From: Cystobasidiomycetes sp. EMM_F5 | Lineage: Eukaryota | Length of the DNA stretch: 64,000 nucleotides | Reading direction: 5' to 3' | Assembly: GCA_051047955.1 (NCBI GenBank) | Contig: JBPGPT010000014.1 | Coordinates: 248,001-312,000, forward strand | Part shown: positions 14,435 through 28,750 of the stretch, one piece after another | How positions within the stretch are numbered: position 1 is the first letter of the stretch | Layout: every line of letters starts with the position of its first letter | Notes under the pieces: generated by a model | The model's database searches: none | What the model was told of the DNA's origin: nothing | Seen by the model: only the letters and a program-made list of their open reading frames with translations | Program-made: the position numbers and the translations under genes

Positions 14435-16559
14435 ATGTCCATGGTCGCGTCAACCAGCACGGCTTCTCGCTTTATTGCCCGCAATCGGAGCACACCCTCG
14501 CCCAGAAACGCACAATATCCTCCAGCCTGCATCTGCCAAACGAGACGATATCAAAGACAATTCTGGTCAAAAGCTGCTCCAGTAGCTGAAGCTGCTCGGG
14601 AGCCAGTATTACAAGAAGTCGAGCAGCACGATGTGGTCATTGTTGGGGGAGGACTCGTCGGACTTGCACTCGCAAATGCATTGTGTGCGTCTGGATCGGC
14701 AAGAAGGAAATACTCAAAAGACCTAGGCTGATTATTGAATATTTACTGATGGCTCGCTTACGAATACCCATTCTATGTCCTATATGTCCTGTAGCTGCCA
14801 GTCAGATCGTAAGAGCCGCACAATGTAGAGTGACCCTGCTCGAAGGCAGCGATCTCGATGGAATAGCAAAGTGGAAGCTACCGTACGGCAAGTGGTCAAA
14901 CAGGATATCGAGCATTACAGAATCAAGCCAGGCGTTCCTGTCAGGTAAGGCGCCAACCTGATCTCTATTTCATTATACCAACTTTCATCGTCACCATGTG
15001 CAGCATCCGGTGGATGGCAAAGTATTGACCATACGCGAACAAGGCCGTGCGAAGAGATGCAGGTGTGTACCTTAACGCATCACCACGAGAGTACGGCACG
15101 GCTGATCCCACGCGATCGTGGTAGGTTTGGGATGGATTGACAGGAGCGCGTATCAACTTTGAAGCATGGGATGTCCATCCTTCATCAAAAGAGCAACCAG
15201 AGATGGCAAAATTTGTAGAGAATCTGAATCTGCAAAGCGGACTCTTGAGAAACTTGCAGACTCAGAATCGGGTGGAGATTATTGATAAAACGCGTGTCAA
15301 GGAGATTGTGCAAGGAGATTTGGCAGAGGACGGCGGATGGCCAAAGCTCGAGTTGGAGAATGGGCGCCAGATAAGGGCACGGTTACTGGTATGCTCGCAG
15401 ACCTTGCGAAATCAGCTGCCTGATTCTACTGACACGCTTCTTTCAGGTCGGCGCAGATGGCTTCAACTCGCCAGTCAAGAACTATTCCGGTATCAGTACA
15501 AGCGGCTGGTCATACGACACGCATTGTCTAGTTGGTACGCTCGAGCTAGACGAACATAGCTTGGATCCAAATACTACAGCATGGCAGAGGTTCCTTCCGG
15601 TCGGACCACTTGGTTTTCTGCCTGTAAGTTGCACAGGTCGCCTTGCTAGGTTGATGTCTGACTTGCGCTTATTCGGCAGATTGCGGACGGCTACGGGTCT
15701 TTGGCATGGTCAACTAAGCCGCATATTGCAGCCGGCTTGAAGAAGCTTGACAGCCCAACGCTGTCAGCGATGATCAATGCTTCGTTTAGGCTACCTTGGC
15801 AATCGGTCGATTTCCTCATCCACCAGATGATCAACTCGCCATCTACACTTCTACAAGATATCGCATGGCGATCGTCAGACGCAGTACTATCGCCAAATCA
15901 AAGGTCAAGCGAATCCAATTTCCCTCCTCTCGTCAAGGCTGTTCATCTAGACACTTGCGCTTCGTTTCCGCTCAAATTGAGTCATGCCGATACCTACCTC
16001 GGTGAAGCAGATGAGGGCGGGCTTCCGAAGCGGACTGTATTGATCGGAGATGCTGCTCATACCGTTCATCCGATGGCTGGTCAGGGTTTGAATATGGGCT
16101 TAGGTGATGCTCAAGCTTTAGCCGAGACTATCGAGGAGGCCTTGTCGGAAGGTGCTGATATCGGTAAGCTGGCACTAGTATTCAGCTGTAACCACCAAAA
16201 ACTGAAGCATACGTTGGACAGGCTCAAAGCTTGCGCTTAATCCCTACCCTCGCAAGCGATACCTGACAAACCACAACATCATGTCCTTCATCGATAAGCT
16301 ACATAAGCTGTACGCTATCGAGAGCAAGCCAGTAGTTTGGGCTCGATCACAGGGAGTTGAAGTACTGAATCAGCTGCCAAGTATCAAAGGGCTTATGATG
16401 GGCACCGCGGGTGCTAGAGGTGGTCAAGAAAGCTTCCGCAATCCCGGTTTGTGGAACGCAGCGGCTAGTGCAGTCGAAGCTGCAGAAGGAGCCAGAACAA
16501 TCGCAGGAGTCGTGTTTGGTACGCTCAGGAATAAATTGGCAGAAAGGATAGCAAAATAA
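14435..16559 (+). CDS. COQ6: Ubiquinone biosynthesis FAD monooxygenase Coq6, multi-exon
   Basis: Mitochondrial presequence-like N-terminus. Motifs DVVIVGGGLVGLALA, WSNRISSIT, LL/VGADGFNSPVK, TAWQRFLP, LIGDAAHTVHPMAGQGLNMGLGD, DKLHKLY. Confidence 0.94.
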
Positions 16560-16686
16560 TCGATACAGTGTGGTGTTTTGTAGCATAACTACAGATGCAC
16601 AGAAGAAGCCGTCCATGCCCCCATTGGATCGTGCCTGCCCTGCTCGGCATCAGCGTAACTACCGCTGGTTACGCTTCATACAAATC

Positions 16687-19089
16687 TTATCGCTCAAAAC
16701 CATCACTGACAATACGCGGCGTAAGTGCCGTGTCCGCAAACGACTGCACGGCCTTCTGCGAGGGCGGATAGGCGGTCTCAGTAGCATTGAACACCGCATC
16801 AAGCGGAGTAGGCGGCATGCTGTCGACCTCGCTAATGGAGCCTCTCTCCTCCGAAGAGATTCTCTCCAGTCGTGCAGAGTATGTACTATCTGGCGATGTC
16901 GAGTGCCTGCTCCCGCCAGGAGAGGAAGGCATAAATTCATCGTCCGACCGCTCTTGATGTGCAGAAAAGGAGAATGACATGAAGTTTGTTTTGTCTTGTG
17001 CAAAGCCTTCGACGCCGGGTGACAAGATGGGGGAGGGGCGTGCAGAGACTGTGGAGGCACCGCTTGCAACGGAAAGATTGCGAACGTAGCCATTTGTGCG
17101 CCATGTTGGTTGTTGCAGGAACGAAGGAGAGTTTCCGGTACTGCCATAGCTGCCACGACTGTGGCTATCCTCGACGGAAAGCTGCGGTGACTTGTTAAGA
17201 TGAGTGCTGATCACCGCCGGCTTTGGAGGCAGTGGCAGATGGTTTACGATACTGTTTGAAGCATCGCGGCGTTGCCCGCTGGCAAGAGCTGGAACAGTGA
17301 TGGACGGTAAGAGCATGCCCCATCGGCTTGTCCGCTTCTCCTTCTTGCTTGTATTCTTTTCATCCGTATCCATGTCAGATGTGTCCCCGCTCGGTGGTGC
17401 AGGAAGCCGTATTACTTCCTTCTGCTTATCGTTTGGCGTATCTGGGGTAGCAGCAATAAATTCTCGCAACGCTCTAGCAATAGTCTCGCTCGCTTCTCGG
17501 CTCTCCTCAGCCTCGAGAAGTTGCATCTTGAGATCCGCGATAACGTCTCGGAGAGACGAAATTTCCATTGCTGCCTCTACAGACAGCGCCTGTACGACTT
17601 CGCTCATTTCCGGGGAGAATGTGTGCACGTTTGGTCGTTTGATAGCCGGCTGTCGTGCAAGTTCTGAGTGTCTCGACTCATCCTGAACACGATTGTGTGT
17701 GGTGAAGGGATCTTCAGCCAATTCATCAACGGGCGTCGGCCTCGTGAGGCAAACTTCCGCTGCCGAGAATGTCATTGCTAGGGGAGAATCGAATGCCGAC
17801 TTGTTAGACGACAGCGTAAATGCCTGATTCCACCTGTGGTCGCTGTTTCTTCGTCCCAGACCACTGGTCGCACTACTTGACGAGATCTGTAGGCCATGTA
17901 ACTGCGCTGAGCTCCTGCGACGTACTTTATCGGCAAAAGTGGGGCCGTCACCACTGAATTCTGCATGCGAGCGTCGACGTCGGGGAGAGTACGTTGGCAA
18001 GCCTTCTGTATCGTGTATATCGCCAGTCGCTGTACAAGCCGCCTTATCCTCCGCAAGGTTCAGTACAGCAGCCAGAGATGCTCTGCGCATGCCTGGGTCT
18101 AGTACGTTGGAAGATCTGCGTGTAGCTGCAGTCATGGAAGATCTCCTAGAAGTATTACCAATCATTGGCGAGTCCGATTGAATGCCGACCATGCTGTACT
18201 GGTTCAAAGCGTCTTCTGCCAGTCCGATCTCAGACCTAGAGGCGGCGTTGTCCGAATTTGGAGCAACAGCACCTGCGGGCAACGATGCTCTTCGAGATGC
18301 AGATACATGATTGGTCATCGAGTCCGGATGGAGAAGCATAGTGGACTGATCATTCGACGCCGCCACTGAGCCCGGAAGGGATGCCCTGATGTTGTTGGCT
18401 TGACTCTCGCTTCCACCATCAGACGAGACTGAGATTTGACGGTGACGAGGATCAAAGTGTGTCAAACGCTTGCTTGTCAACCCGAGTCCGCTGAGGTAAT
18501 TCAAGGATCCCCTTCTTGCTGGGTTGAAAGCTTCATGTGGAGCTCCAGCACTCGCACCGACACTCTTGCTCAAGTTTGGCGATTTACCAGCCAATATTTC
18601 GACGGAAGCTCTTCTCGCAAGTGCCGCTTCCGAACCACGGTCTCTACGCTCTTGCTGGCTAGAAAGGATAGCAATTGCCTTTTTCGATTCTTCCAGAGCG
18701 GCACGGAGGTTGATGACGATTCCTCGCTCGTCTTCGTACTTTTTGCTCTCGTCCAGTAACTGAGCGGTAAGTGCCTTGACTTCCTCCTTGAGCATCCCAT
18801 TCTCGTGGGTCGTGGCAGAGAGGGCAGCTCGCGCGTCTTGCACGTCGATACCAAGTTGAGATGCAGACAAAGATGAAGATTCTTTCTCCTCTGACAATTT
18901 CTTGACTTGCGCGCTCAGCCGAGCGTTGTGCGTCTGTAACTCCTTGACGTCCGTAGAAGTATTGTGCAGCGAATCTGATGAGCTTTGCAGGAGTCGGCGG
19001 AGTTGCTCGTTATCAGCAGTCAAGCTACCAATGAGACTTGTTTTCTCTGTGAGCTCCGCTTGCAAGAGTTCCATTTCCATACTTGACAT
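16687..19089 (-). CDS. Hypothetical 800-aa protein with N-terminal and central coiled coils and Ser-rich disordered regions
   Basis: Single long ORF with a heptad-like N-terminus and a second coil EISSLRDVIADLKMQLLEAEESREAS. An upstream GTGAGT...CAG intron (about 19114-19181) follows an in-frame TAG, so it lies in the 5'UTR. Confidence 0.8.
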   Translation of the reverse strand: MSSMEMELLQAELTEKTSLIGSLTADNEQLRRLLQSSSDSLHNTSTDVKELQTHNARLSAQVKKLSEEKESSSLSASQLGIDVQDARAALSATTHENGMLKEEVKALTAQLLDESKKYEDERGIVINLRAALEESKKAIAILSSQQERRDRGSEAALARRASVEILAGKSPNLSKSVGASAGAPHEAFNPARRGSLNYLSGLGLTSKRLTHFDPRHRQISVSSDGGSESQANNIRASLPGSVAASNDQSTMLLHPDSMTNHVSASRRASLPAGAVAPNSDNAASRSEIGLAEDALNQYSMVGIQSDSPMIGNTSRRSSMTAATRRSSNVLDPGMRRASLAAVLNLAEDKAACTATGDIHDTEGLPTYSPRRRRSHAEFSGDGPTFADKVRRRSSAQLHGLQISSSSATSGLGRRNSDHRWNQAFTLSSNKSAFDSPLAMTFSAAEVCLTRPTPVDELAEDPFTTHNRVQDESRHSELARQPAIKRPNVHTFSPEMSEVVQALSVEAAMEISSLRDVIADLKMQLLEAEESREASETIARALREFIAATPDTPNDKQKEVIRLPAPPSGDTSDMDTDEKNTSKKEKRTSRWGMLLPSITVPALASGQRRDASNSIVNHLPLPPKPAVISTHLNKSPQLSVEDSHSRGSYGSTGNSPSFLQQPTWRTNGYVRNLSVASGASTVSARPSPILSPGVEGFAQDKTNFMSFSFSAHQERSDDEFMPSSPGGSRHSTSPDSTYSARLERISSEERGSISEVDSMPPTPLDAVFNATETAYPPSQKAVQSFADTALTPRIVSDGFER

Positions 19090-19930
19090 GGCTGAGGTCT
19101 GGCTCGGATCGCTCTGCGTATTCCGTAATGCAAGTCAGTACAATCCGGGAAGTTTACACACAACATATACATAGGACTCACCTATACTACCTTTCCTGTT
19201 GACCGCAAACGACAAGACGAGCTTGTCTCTGCAGCGCAGTTAGAGCAATATCAGTCAACGCGGTTGGTAACAACGACAAAGAGTGCCAAGTCGTCAGCTA
19301 GCTAGGACACATCAGCCAGTGAAGCCATCTTTAGAAACTGCTCCAATTCATGTCTGTTTGCCGTCTCGTCTATGAACCTTCCTTTTTGTAGTGCCCATGT
19401 CTCGGATGGGCAGGTGGCATGTCGTTTTCGCCCGAAAAGGTCAGGGCTGGCACTTCGACTTTGGCACGGTGTGATGGTCAGATTACAGCGCGGAGAACGA
19501 AGTAAAAGCATACGAAGCCATCCTGAGCGTTGCCAGCCTCTTCTTTGCAGGATTAGTGAATGATCGGAAATCAGGCACAACCAGCACTTTATAAACAAGC
19601 GAGTAAAGAAAAGCGTGACAGCTGCAGGACTCAGGAGACGGCAAGGCATCACCAATGGACGGTATATAGTAGTGATACTCCTTCACTTATGAAACTGCTT
19701 CCTTCTTCAATCAGCCAATGAAGTGAGCGCCGATGTTGATGAAGAACGCGAATACGCGCGAATACAGGCAGGACGTGGAGAGAGCTCATTGATCATGTTC
19801 CAAAGAATAATGACAAGTTGAAAAATGGCAATCTGACAAGGAGACCCGAAGAAATTGTGGAAAAGCTTGCTCTTAACAGCCAAATCAACATGGAAACAAC
19901 AGGTAGGGAGACGAAATGACGAAACTACTA

Positions 19931-20718
<788 letters not shown>

Positions 20719-20855
20719 TTATGCCTTGCGTGCTGCTGTGAAGGGCAATACAATCAATTTAAAGGCAAGCTTGCTTCGACGGTCTCTCTCCTTTCTTACA
20801 AACGCACTCTAGCTCAAATACCACCCACCTACCCCAACAACACACTCAAGCAAAC

Positions 20856-21332
<477 letters not shown>

Positions 21333-21847
21333 TTTATTCACTCGCTCTCCTTTGCACTTCTTTAGTCTTCATACACTTCGCATCCTTCCTCTCAGTGGCT
21401 CCTATTGACTGTTGTGTCCATTCTTCTGCAATGAGCATCTTTGATTGACTGAATATGACAGACTGAAAACCCAAACTTGCCTTTCCACTGCGTATACGAG
21501 TCTAATCAGTCCTGCCCTTATTGTGCGTGATGCAACAATTCAATGTTAAGCACGTTCGAAGCTTACGCTGAATACGACCTTGCGTATTTTTGCGGAGAAT
21601 TCAGTCCCTACGTAGAGACTTCGTACTGTATCGGGACTGAACAATCTTATTAGGGCGTGAACGCCGCATGTCGTTATAAGCGGCCCTGCGCATTTGTCAA
21701 GCATAAACAGACTATTGCACAACGTCACTGACAGTGTTTATCACAAGCAAACTCGTGTTTCGTCCTAATCAGTCTCCCCCGCTTCGGAACTTGCTTTTTT
21801 GATATACAGAAGTGAAGATCATCCTACCTAAGCAGCCGGCATCCGTG

Positions 21848-24800
21848 CTATACCCTCATGGCTCTGAGAGCCTGTCCAGACGTTCTGCGGATGCTGCCAC
21901 GAGGACGCGGTCTGTTCATCGTCATGCGAGGCGCACTGTCATCGAGCTTAGATCAATATATTCTCCTGAAATCAACAAGTGTCACAAACTCACTCGACAA
22001 AGTCGACAGCACCAGACGATTCAAGTATCTCAGTCTCTTAGCCCATTTTGGCGTACGAGGGTGCAATCTGAGTGCGGGGATTGGGAGCTTTTCCGAATTT
22101 GCCCATTTCTGTTGTAGAGTCTTCATCCTCGTTACTGCTGCTAGTACTGTTGCTGACTGCAGAGACACGACCAGACAGCACAGATCCGTTATTATCGCCC
22201 AGACCTTCCAGCTTGCGCCGGGCAGCATTGAAGGCGTCTTTTCGACGGGTGCTGAGAGATTTGCCAGAGAGGAACATGTCGCGCTTCTCGGTGGCATTTT
22301 CCTGATTTGCCAACTTGCTAGTGAGGACGCTTGCACTTTTAGACGAGACGGGTGGGCGAGTCTCCATGTTTTGACGACTATCCTGCAGAACAGCAAATTG
22401 TGGTCTGGTAGGTTTCGGTTTGCCGACAGTAGGTGCAGGTCTACCGATGGCCGGAATCGAAGGCTGAACGGCATCCTTGGACGGAGAAGAAGGTTTTGCG
22501 CGAGGCTTGTATCCCTTGGTCGATTTCTTGGTAGTTTTAGCAGGGGCTTGCTCGTTGAGAGCCGGCACCACCGCAACATCCGTGAGAGCTACAACGGGAC
22601 CCGGTTGCGGGGTGGAAGATGGCGCAGCTGAAGCGGCCTGCGCTTCGGCGTTTGAAGGCAATGCGGTCACCGAAAGATGTTTCTGAACTAGCAAAAGCGA
22701 TTTTGGTTGGTACGCAGTGGTAAAGTTTAGTGATTTCGAGGCTGGAGTTGGAGAAGGAGGGGTAGCTTTCATTTGCGCAACAGCACCTCCAAAATGACTC
22801 AGTGCTGCAAAGCGAGGTATAGATGAGGTCGATGACGAATCGGGTGACAACTCGGGTGTCACGGGCACGTCTGGTGATCTGCGACCTTGCGCGTAGCCAA
22901 AATAGTCGTATGTAATCTCTGCATAGTCAGGCGCAACAGATCGGAAGCGTTGCTGCGAATCAAGAAGGAACGTCATTATAGCCGACTGTGATTCAGGCGA
23001 GGTGAGCATGGACATGGGCGTTCCTGGCGTTGATAGAATGCGTTGAAGAGGTAGCGCCGTGTCATGTTGTGAAGTGGGTGCTGCAACGGCAGATCTCAAC
23101 GGTCAGTTGCAATTGAAGATTGACGTTAGCATTTCGCTTACAATCAAGTAGCTCCACTGATGTTTCGGTGTCTGGAAACATGGCACGACTATGAAGAAGG
23201 GAAATTAGGCGTATCTCCCGAAAACAGAGGTAATCTTGCTTACCTTTTCTGCAACTCGGCCATTGCTTCTCTGCAAAACCTAGCAAGTCGAATCTCCTTC
23301 TGTAGTAGTATGTCCTCGTAGTCACAGTCTTCTTGAATGATGACCGGGTCACGCATAGTCTGATACGACGGAGGAGGCTTGATGTGCTTCATGGGGAGCG
23401 TTTTGTCGTCCGCGAAAAGTGATGAAACTTTCTTCTCTATAGTCAGGCGCTTGCGACTGGATTGCTTGCGAATGAAGAGCGGAGAGATCGACTTCGCCAT
23501 TTCTCCATCGGCCTCGTAAGCAGCATGACTGATCTCCACTGCTGGCAAGCGGTGCACAATGTGCGGCACATCCTGTAAGTCAGACTTTGCTGGAATAAGC
23601 GGCCCAGTCTCGCTGTTTGCACGGAGCGTTCCAATATCTTCCTCTTTGATTGGTTGCGGGAGTGTCGATAGCCGCGATAACTGCGAGCTGTTGCGTCGAT
23701 GCTTGTGCATTTTGAGCCGGTATGCACTGGGCGCATGGCTTCGGTCCGCGTGGACAGATGGCAGCGGATGTGCATAACTCTGCTCCGAAGCTGACGGGGA
23801 TGAAGGTGGAGGTGTGTCTGGAAGGACTATCGTCAAGATTAGCGGAATCACCGATCCGGGCTGCAAGACACGCACCCGTTCTATCGCACCGAGATACACT
23901 CGATAGCGGCTGAGGGCGATTCGCTTCTGCTTTGTCCAGTAAGGCGGGAAGGGGTCGCACACAGCGCGGCGAAGCAAAAGGGGCTGAATCATAGCTCAGC
24001 ATAAGCTTGACGCAATTTGAGCTCGTCTACGCTCCAAATACCTACTCACCCTGATGCAACTCATCCTTCTTTGGCGACAACTTAGCTTCCCATGAGTCTT
24101 TCAACTTCTTGACCCTGCCAGCCGATGCAGCGAGATCCATGCTTGCTCTCACTACTGGCGATACTGCCGGTGCCTTACTTGACAGTAGTCGATTCGCGGT
24201 CAACATGAGGAGTTTACGTCGTGGTGGTCGCGGACACGGCGAACTGGCCATTGATGAGACCGAAACCATAGACATAGCAGCAGACGAAAGCTTCGATGAT
24301 TGGGATTGCATTTTCAGAGCACGGAGGGGTCCAACATTCTTCGTTTTCATAAGAGTCGGGGATGGCGGAACTGAATCCAAAGACGGTCTTGAGGAGTCTG
24401 AATCGATAGATGGCCTGGCTGTATCATTTACGCAATGAAGTAGAGGCGGTTTGTGGATCAAAGTGGCCTTGATGCCACCCGCGGGCGTCGGGGATGCAAA
24501 GAGACTGACACCTTCGGATTCTGTCGACCCAATCATGCTGAACTGTGAGCCAGAAGACGCTCTCTGATCGCCTCGAATACCAAATCCTGCATCGGAATCC
24601 TGTTCTGACTCAAACGACTTTCGCATGTACGGATAAGAGATCGGATCCAGTGCGACATCTTCATCTACATCTTCCAGCATGCGATCCCCAATCTGTTTGC
24701 CGATATATGAGCCCGTGAAAATATCATCGTTGTTCGACTTACAGTTGGTCGGTCCATCGCAAGGTAATCTCTCAAGCTGCTTCTATTACTCGCACCTCCT

Positions 24801-27041
24801 TGAGAATGTACATTTCGGCGATAATTCCGATACGATGCGTATCCGGTCGATTTAGTACTATCCTGCGACCAGCGCGGCTGACGGTAAATTGAGAAGCGCT
24901 CAGACTCGTCTGACTCCGTGCGAGAATAATCAAGAGACGGTCTTTCCGTGTCCAGTGAAGGTCGTTCGGTCACGTTGTCAAGCGATGTGCGTGTCACCAG
25001 CTCGAATCCAGGAGGCAAAGTGGTGTCTGACTGACTCCGAGCAAGACAGCCTTCTTCAGTAGCATCAAGGTTGGCTCTGTAGAGCGCGATGACGTCCTGA
25101 GCAGTAGTTGCCTTGCCTTCAAAGGAAGATTTGCGAGAAACACTTTGCTGATCTACAGGTTGGTCGATATTGTACGATAGAACGCTATCGATCAGATCCA
25201 TCAGATCATCCGGTACATTGCCGTCGTCGTCGCCGCCAGTCGCCAGCTTCAGCACCTCAGCAGGATCTCCCTCGCTGAGATTAGACATGCTCGATGCGAT
25301 AGAAGACCGAGCTTCGTAGACCATTGTGTCCTCGAAAGTGTCCAGACTGGGAGTTTTAAACTTTTCAGAAACATTCAAGTTACAACTGAGTAGGAACCCA
25401 CAGATCTCTCAACTCTTCCGTCGCGCCATTGACTTCCCTCAGCGGTACTTTGTCACCTAATATCAGCCACTGGTCGGGATGGAGATCTATGCAACCACTC
25501 ACTCGGCTCGCTGTTTGGTCGTCTATTCTTGATATTCAAGCCAATAGCATCATCATCATCGTCGCCCACCAACATACTTCTGCGATCCTCTTTACTGTTT
25601 TGGCTGGCAGACAATGCCAGCTGTGTTGCTCTTGCAGGCGACGCGGACAGATGCAAATCACCAGAGTAAGGGGACGATGCGATGACCAGACTCTGAGAAG
25701 GCGACAGAGCTGGGGTAGTGCGTGGCTGTAGAGAAAAGTAGGAACTACCGGCTTTGTCTTCTAGTGACAAGAAGTGGGGGGTAGAGGGTTCTGGTGACAT
25801 GCTGGGTGCTGCCAGAGCACCAATTTGAATGTCGGGTATCGCAAATGTATGAGTCGTATCTGTGTCATGATGTGTCGTGATTTCGGAAATAGGTAGTGGA
25901 GGTACTGCATGGAAAATTAGATGGTATCGATGGCTTTGATCAAGCAAGAACGCTTACACTCCTGGCTTCTGCGAACAAAATCAGCTCCCGCCTTCTCCTT
26001 GGCCAATGCGGTGGGTACGTCGGATATTGGTGCAGCTCCAGCAAGCTTACTCTTCTTGTTCTTGCTGCTTAGACCGCCAATATGCAGTCTGCTAAGCCAA
26101 GCAGGCTTGGCGTTTGGCGTACGTCCAGCATTCGTCGTAACGGATCCAATACCTGCAACGCTCGGAATCGGCGGCACTGGGATTACAGTCTTTATTTTGT
26201 TGTATCCTATACCACCCTGCAAATTAGAAGAAATGCTGCCATGACTGCTGTGATCCGAGAACCGACGTTCGAGCTGGGATACGCGAGAAGCGACTGTGCC
26301 TGGACGGACGTGGCTCGAAGTGGTGCTGCGAGCACTGTTGCTGTCGGCATCTTTCGCCAAAGGTGGAATGACTCGAACGCCAACGCCAGAAAGGATTGGC
26401 TTTTTCGATTTGCGAGAAGTAGGACTCTCGAGGTGTTCGGCATCGTCATCATTGTCTTCAAGAGACGCAGATTGACGGTATGCCCATTGATGTAGAGCTG
26501 CTGACTGCAGAGGTACAGCGGGCACAGGCGGAGGTGGAGAAGCGACGAGGTGATTCAGCGCCGAGACGGAAGGAGGAGTATCGACAGCTGTTGCTGCAGA
26601 CCCGGGCGTATCTGCAAATAGCCGCAGTCTCGAGGCAGATTTGCGGAGATTGAGCCTCGAAGGTGTCTTGAGAAGTCCGCCAAGCGAGCCTGATCTTTTC
26701 AGCTTCTTTCCGGTCGACGGAATAGATGCCAAAGTAGTATCGGGATCAAAGTCCGCATTCTGTAGATAGCTCATAGAGGTTGCCGGCCGTTCTGCGAGCA
26801 CTTCTACCCCGTCTTCCGACAACAGGCAGTATGAGCTCTCGTCATCCAGGGCAACCTTGCTTTTCCGACGGAGAAGAGATCGAGACGGAGTGGTCGCAGG
26901 AGTCGGCGTCGCAGCAGATGGTGTGCGAGTTCCAGCAAAGCGTGCAAACATTGACATTGCAGACTTGCGAGACGATGCCGACGACGGCTGTTTTGGCGGT
27001 TTTGAGTCATGGTAGATGTTGGAACGGGAAATGGTACTCAT
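21848..27041 (-). CDS. Very large Ser/Pro-rich, mostly disordered hypothetical protein; probably one multi-exon gene
   Basis: ORFs 25917-27041, 25453-25947, 24665-25378, 24042-24680, 23580/23240 and 22038-23099 can be joined in frame by phase-compatible GT-AG introns. The probable last exon is APRMTMNRPRPRGSIRRTSGQALRAMRV*. Confidence 0.6.
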
Positions 27042-27773
27042 GATGGCTAGTTTCGTGTGAATGAGTCGTGCAAGCAGTTGAAGGTCGTAAAAGTCGTGTA
27101 CAGAGGCTGTTTAGGACGTCGTTATGCCAGATTGGCGATGGGGTTGCGATACAAGCGCAGGTCGAGGCCAGGCGAGATTACCTTCAAGATGAGCTCCCTT
27201 AATGGTAGCGTGTTGTGGTCGCTGTTGTCATCCAGGCGTGTCGTTATATTCATGCACTCGTCATCTCACATTCGTCGTCGTTGTCAGCGTTCAGTCCAGT
27301 CGCTGCTCAGTCAGACCCCCTCCCTCAGCACTGCCCATGGTCACATCAGCTGCCGTCAACATCCACTGCCGCATCCCCCGTTTGACGCCGTCGAGCTCAG
27401 ACCGTGTTGACGTGTTTGCAGACACCGCGTCGCGATTGTTTGGGCAGCGAGAGGCATTGTTTGGACAGACAGGAGCACAGATGGCGTATGTTCCCATCTC
27501 GTCGATGTGTACAGCATATCTGCATTGCATAGGTGGTTGTCTGGCAGTCAACGCTGACGCTGTTTGTCACACAATATATCAAATAAATGGCATAAAACTG
27601 ATCGAAAAAAGCAGTGGAGAACCGAGTATAACTAATGCGAGCGACGATTGCTAGACACCTTTGACGATGTCCGGCTGTAGCCGCCTTCTCTGCAATCTAG
27701 CGTTACATTGTACATGCTCTGTTGAGCCGAGACGTATCCCTCAGCTTTCTCGGCACCATATATTCCACTCCCT

Positions 27774-28589
27774 TCATTCCTTGTCCGTCTCTACATAATA
27801 CTTTGCAGTATCTACACCGTGATGAGGGTGCGAGACGAGGTTGAACCACGGCAATGAGCCAAATTTGAGTTGAGACCAGACACTGTTGCGGTGAGCGGCA
27901 CCCTGGACGAATTCAGGTAGTTCGGATTGACCATAGACGGGTTTGCCTTGTTTTGCAATGGCAGACAGTTCTTCAAAGTCGCGCTTCTGCTCTCTCGCCT
28001 GCGTGTGGGATTCTCTGATCAGCATATCGTATGCCATCGCCTAGCCTTCGACAACCCACATTCTCTGTCCAGCCCCAGAACCGGAAAGAGCTCCTTTGGT
28101 ACGCTAGTAGGAAACCAGCAGAGAAGCCGAGGATAGTGCCCATTCTCAAGGCCGGTGTCAATCCTCGTCTGCTCAATGGCAAGGGGTCCGCCATTTCTGT
28201 CGGCAAATGGAATTCGAGCAAAGACGAACAAAGCAGATACGATACATTTCAGCGTATGATTCGTTTGAATTGACACCGTTCATGCTCACGGAAGGCATAT
28301 ATCGCGCCAGGGAAAGCAGCCGTCGCTCCTGCCCACACGGCATAGTCTGAGCTCCGCATGTACCGCACGACTCGTCCGGCATATGGGTCTGAGAGGGAGT
28401 AGATGATATTATCAGAGCGCTGTCTTGCTCTATGACGCTAAGACCGGGCGTACCAGCATCGATGAGAGGGTATTGGGTCGGCACTTCTTGAACTAGAAGC
28501 GGAAAGCGCAGTAGCCAAACATCAGCGTTAAGCTCGGAACCATGTGCATGCTGACAGTACGCCGTGCTGCAGTAGCGCTCACCAGGCAT
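27774..28589 (-). CDS. NUXM: NADH-ubiquinone oxidoreductase fungal 20.9/21 kDa subunit (NUXM), multi-exon
   Basis: TQYPLIDA/DPYAGRVVRYMRSSDY, GFLLAYQRSSFRFWGWTEN, GKPVYGQSELP, RNSVWSQL, LPWFNLVSHPHHGVDTAKYY. Confidence 0.92.
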
Positions 28590-28750
28590 ATTTACTAGGC
28601 CTCGACCGGCTACCAGTCGATTGGTCGCAGAGTGCCGTCGGCGAGAAGCTGGAGACGCTCAGATGAAACGGCATATACAGCTCCCGCGGCCTGAAATGCA
28701 ATGCTACAGACGTACAACGAATAACAGGCTTCCGTGAATCAACGCATCGT

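Noticed and set aside
21757..21773. Minus-strand CTGATTAGGACGAAAC resembling a minimal hammerhead ribozyme core
   Set aside because: The core must be CUGANGA, and G8 is T here. No supporting stems I/III were found.
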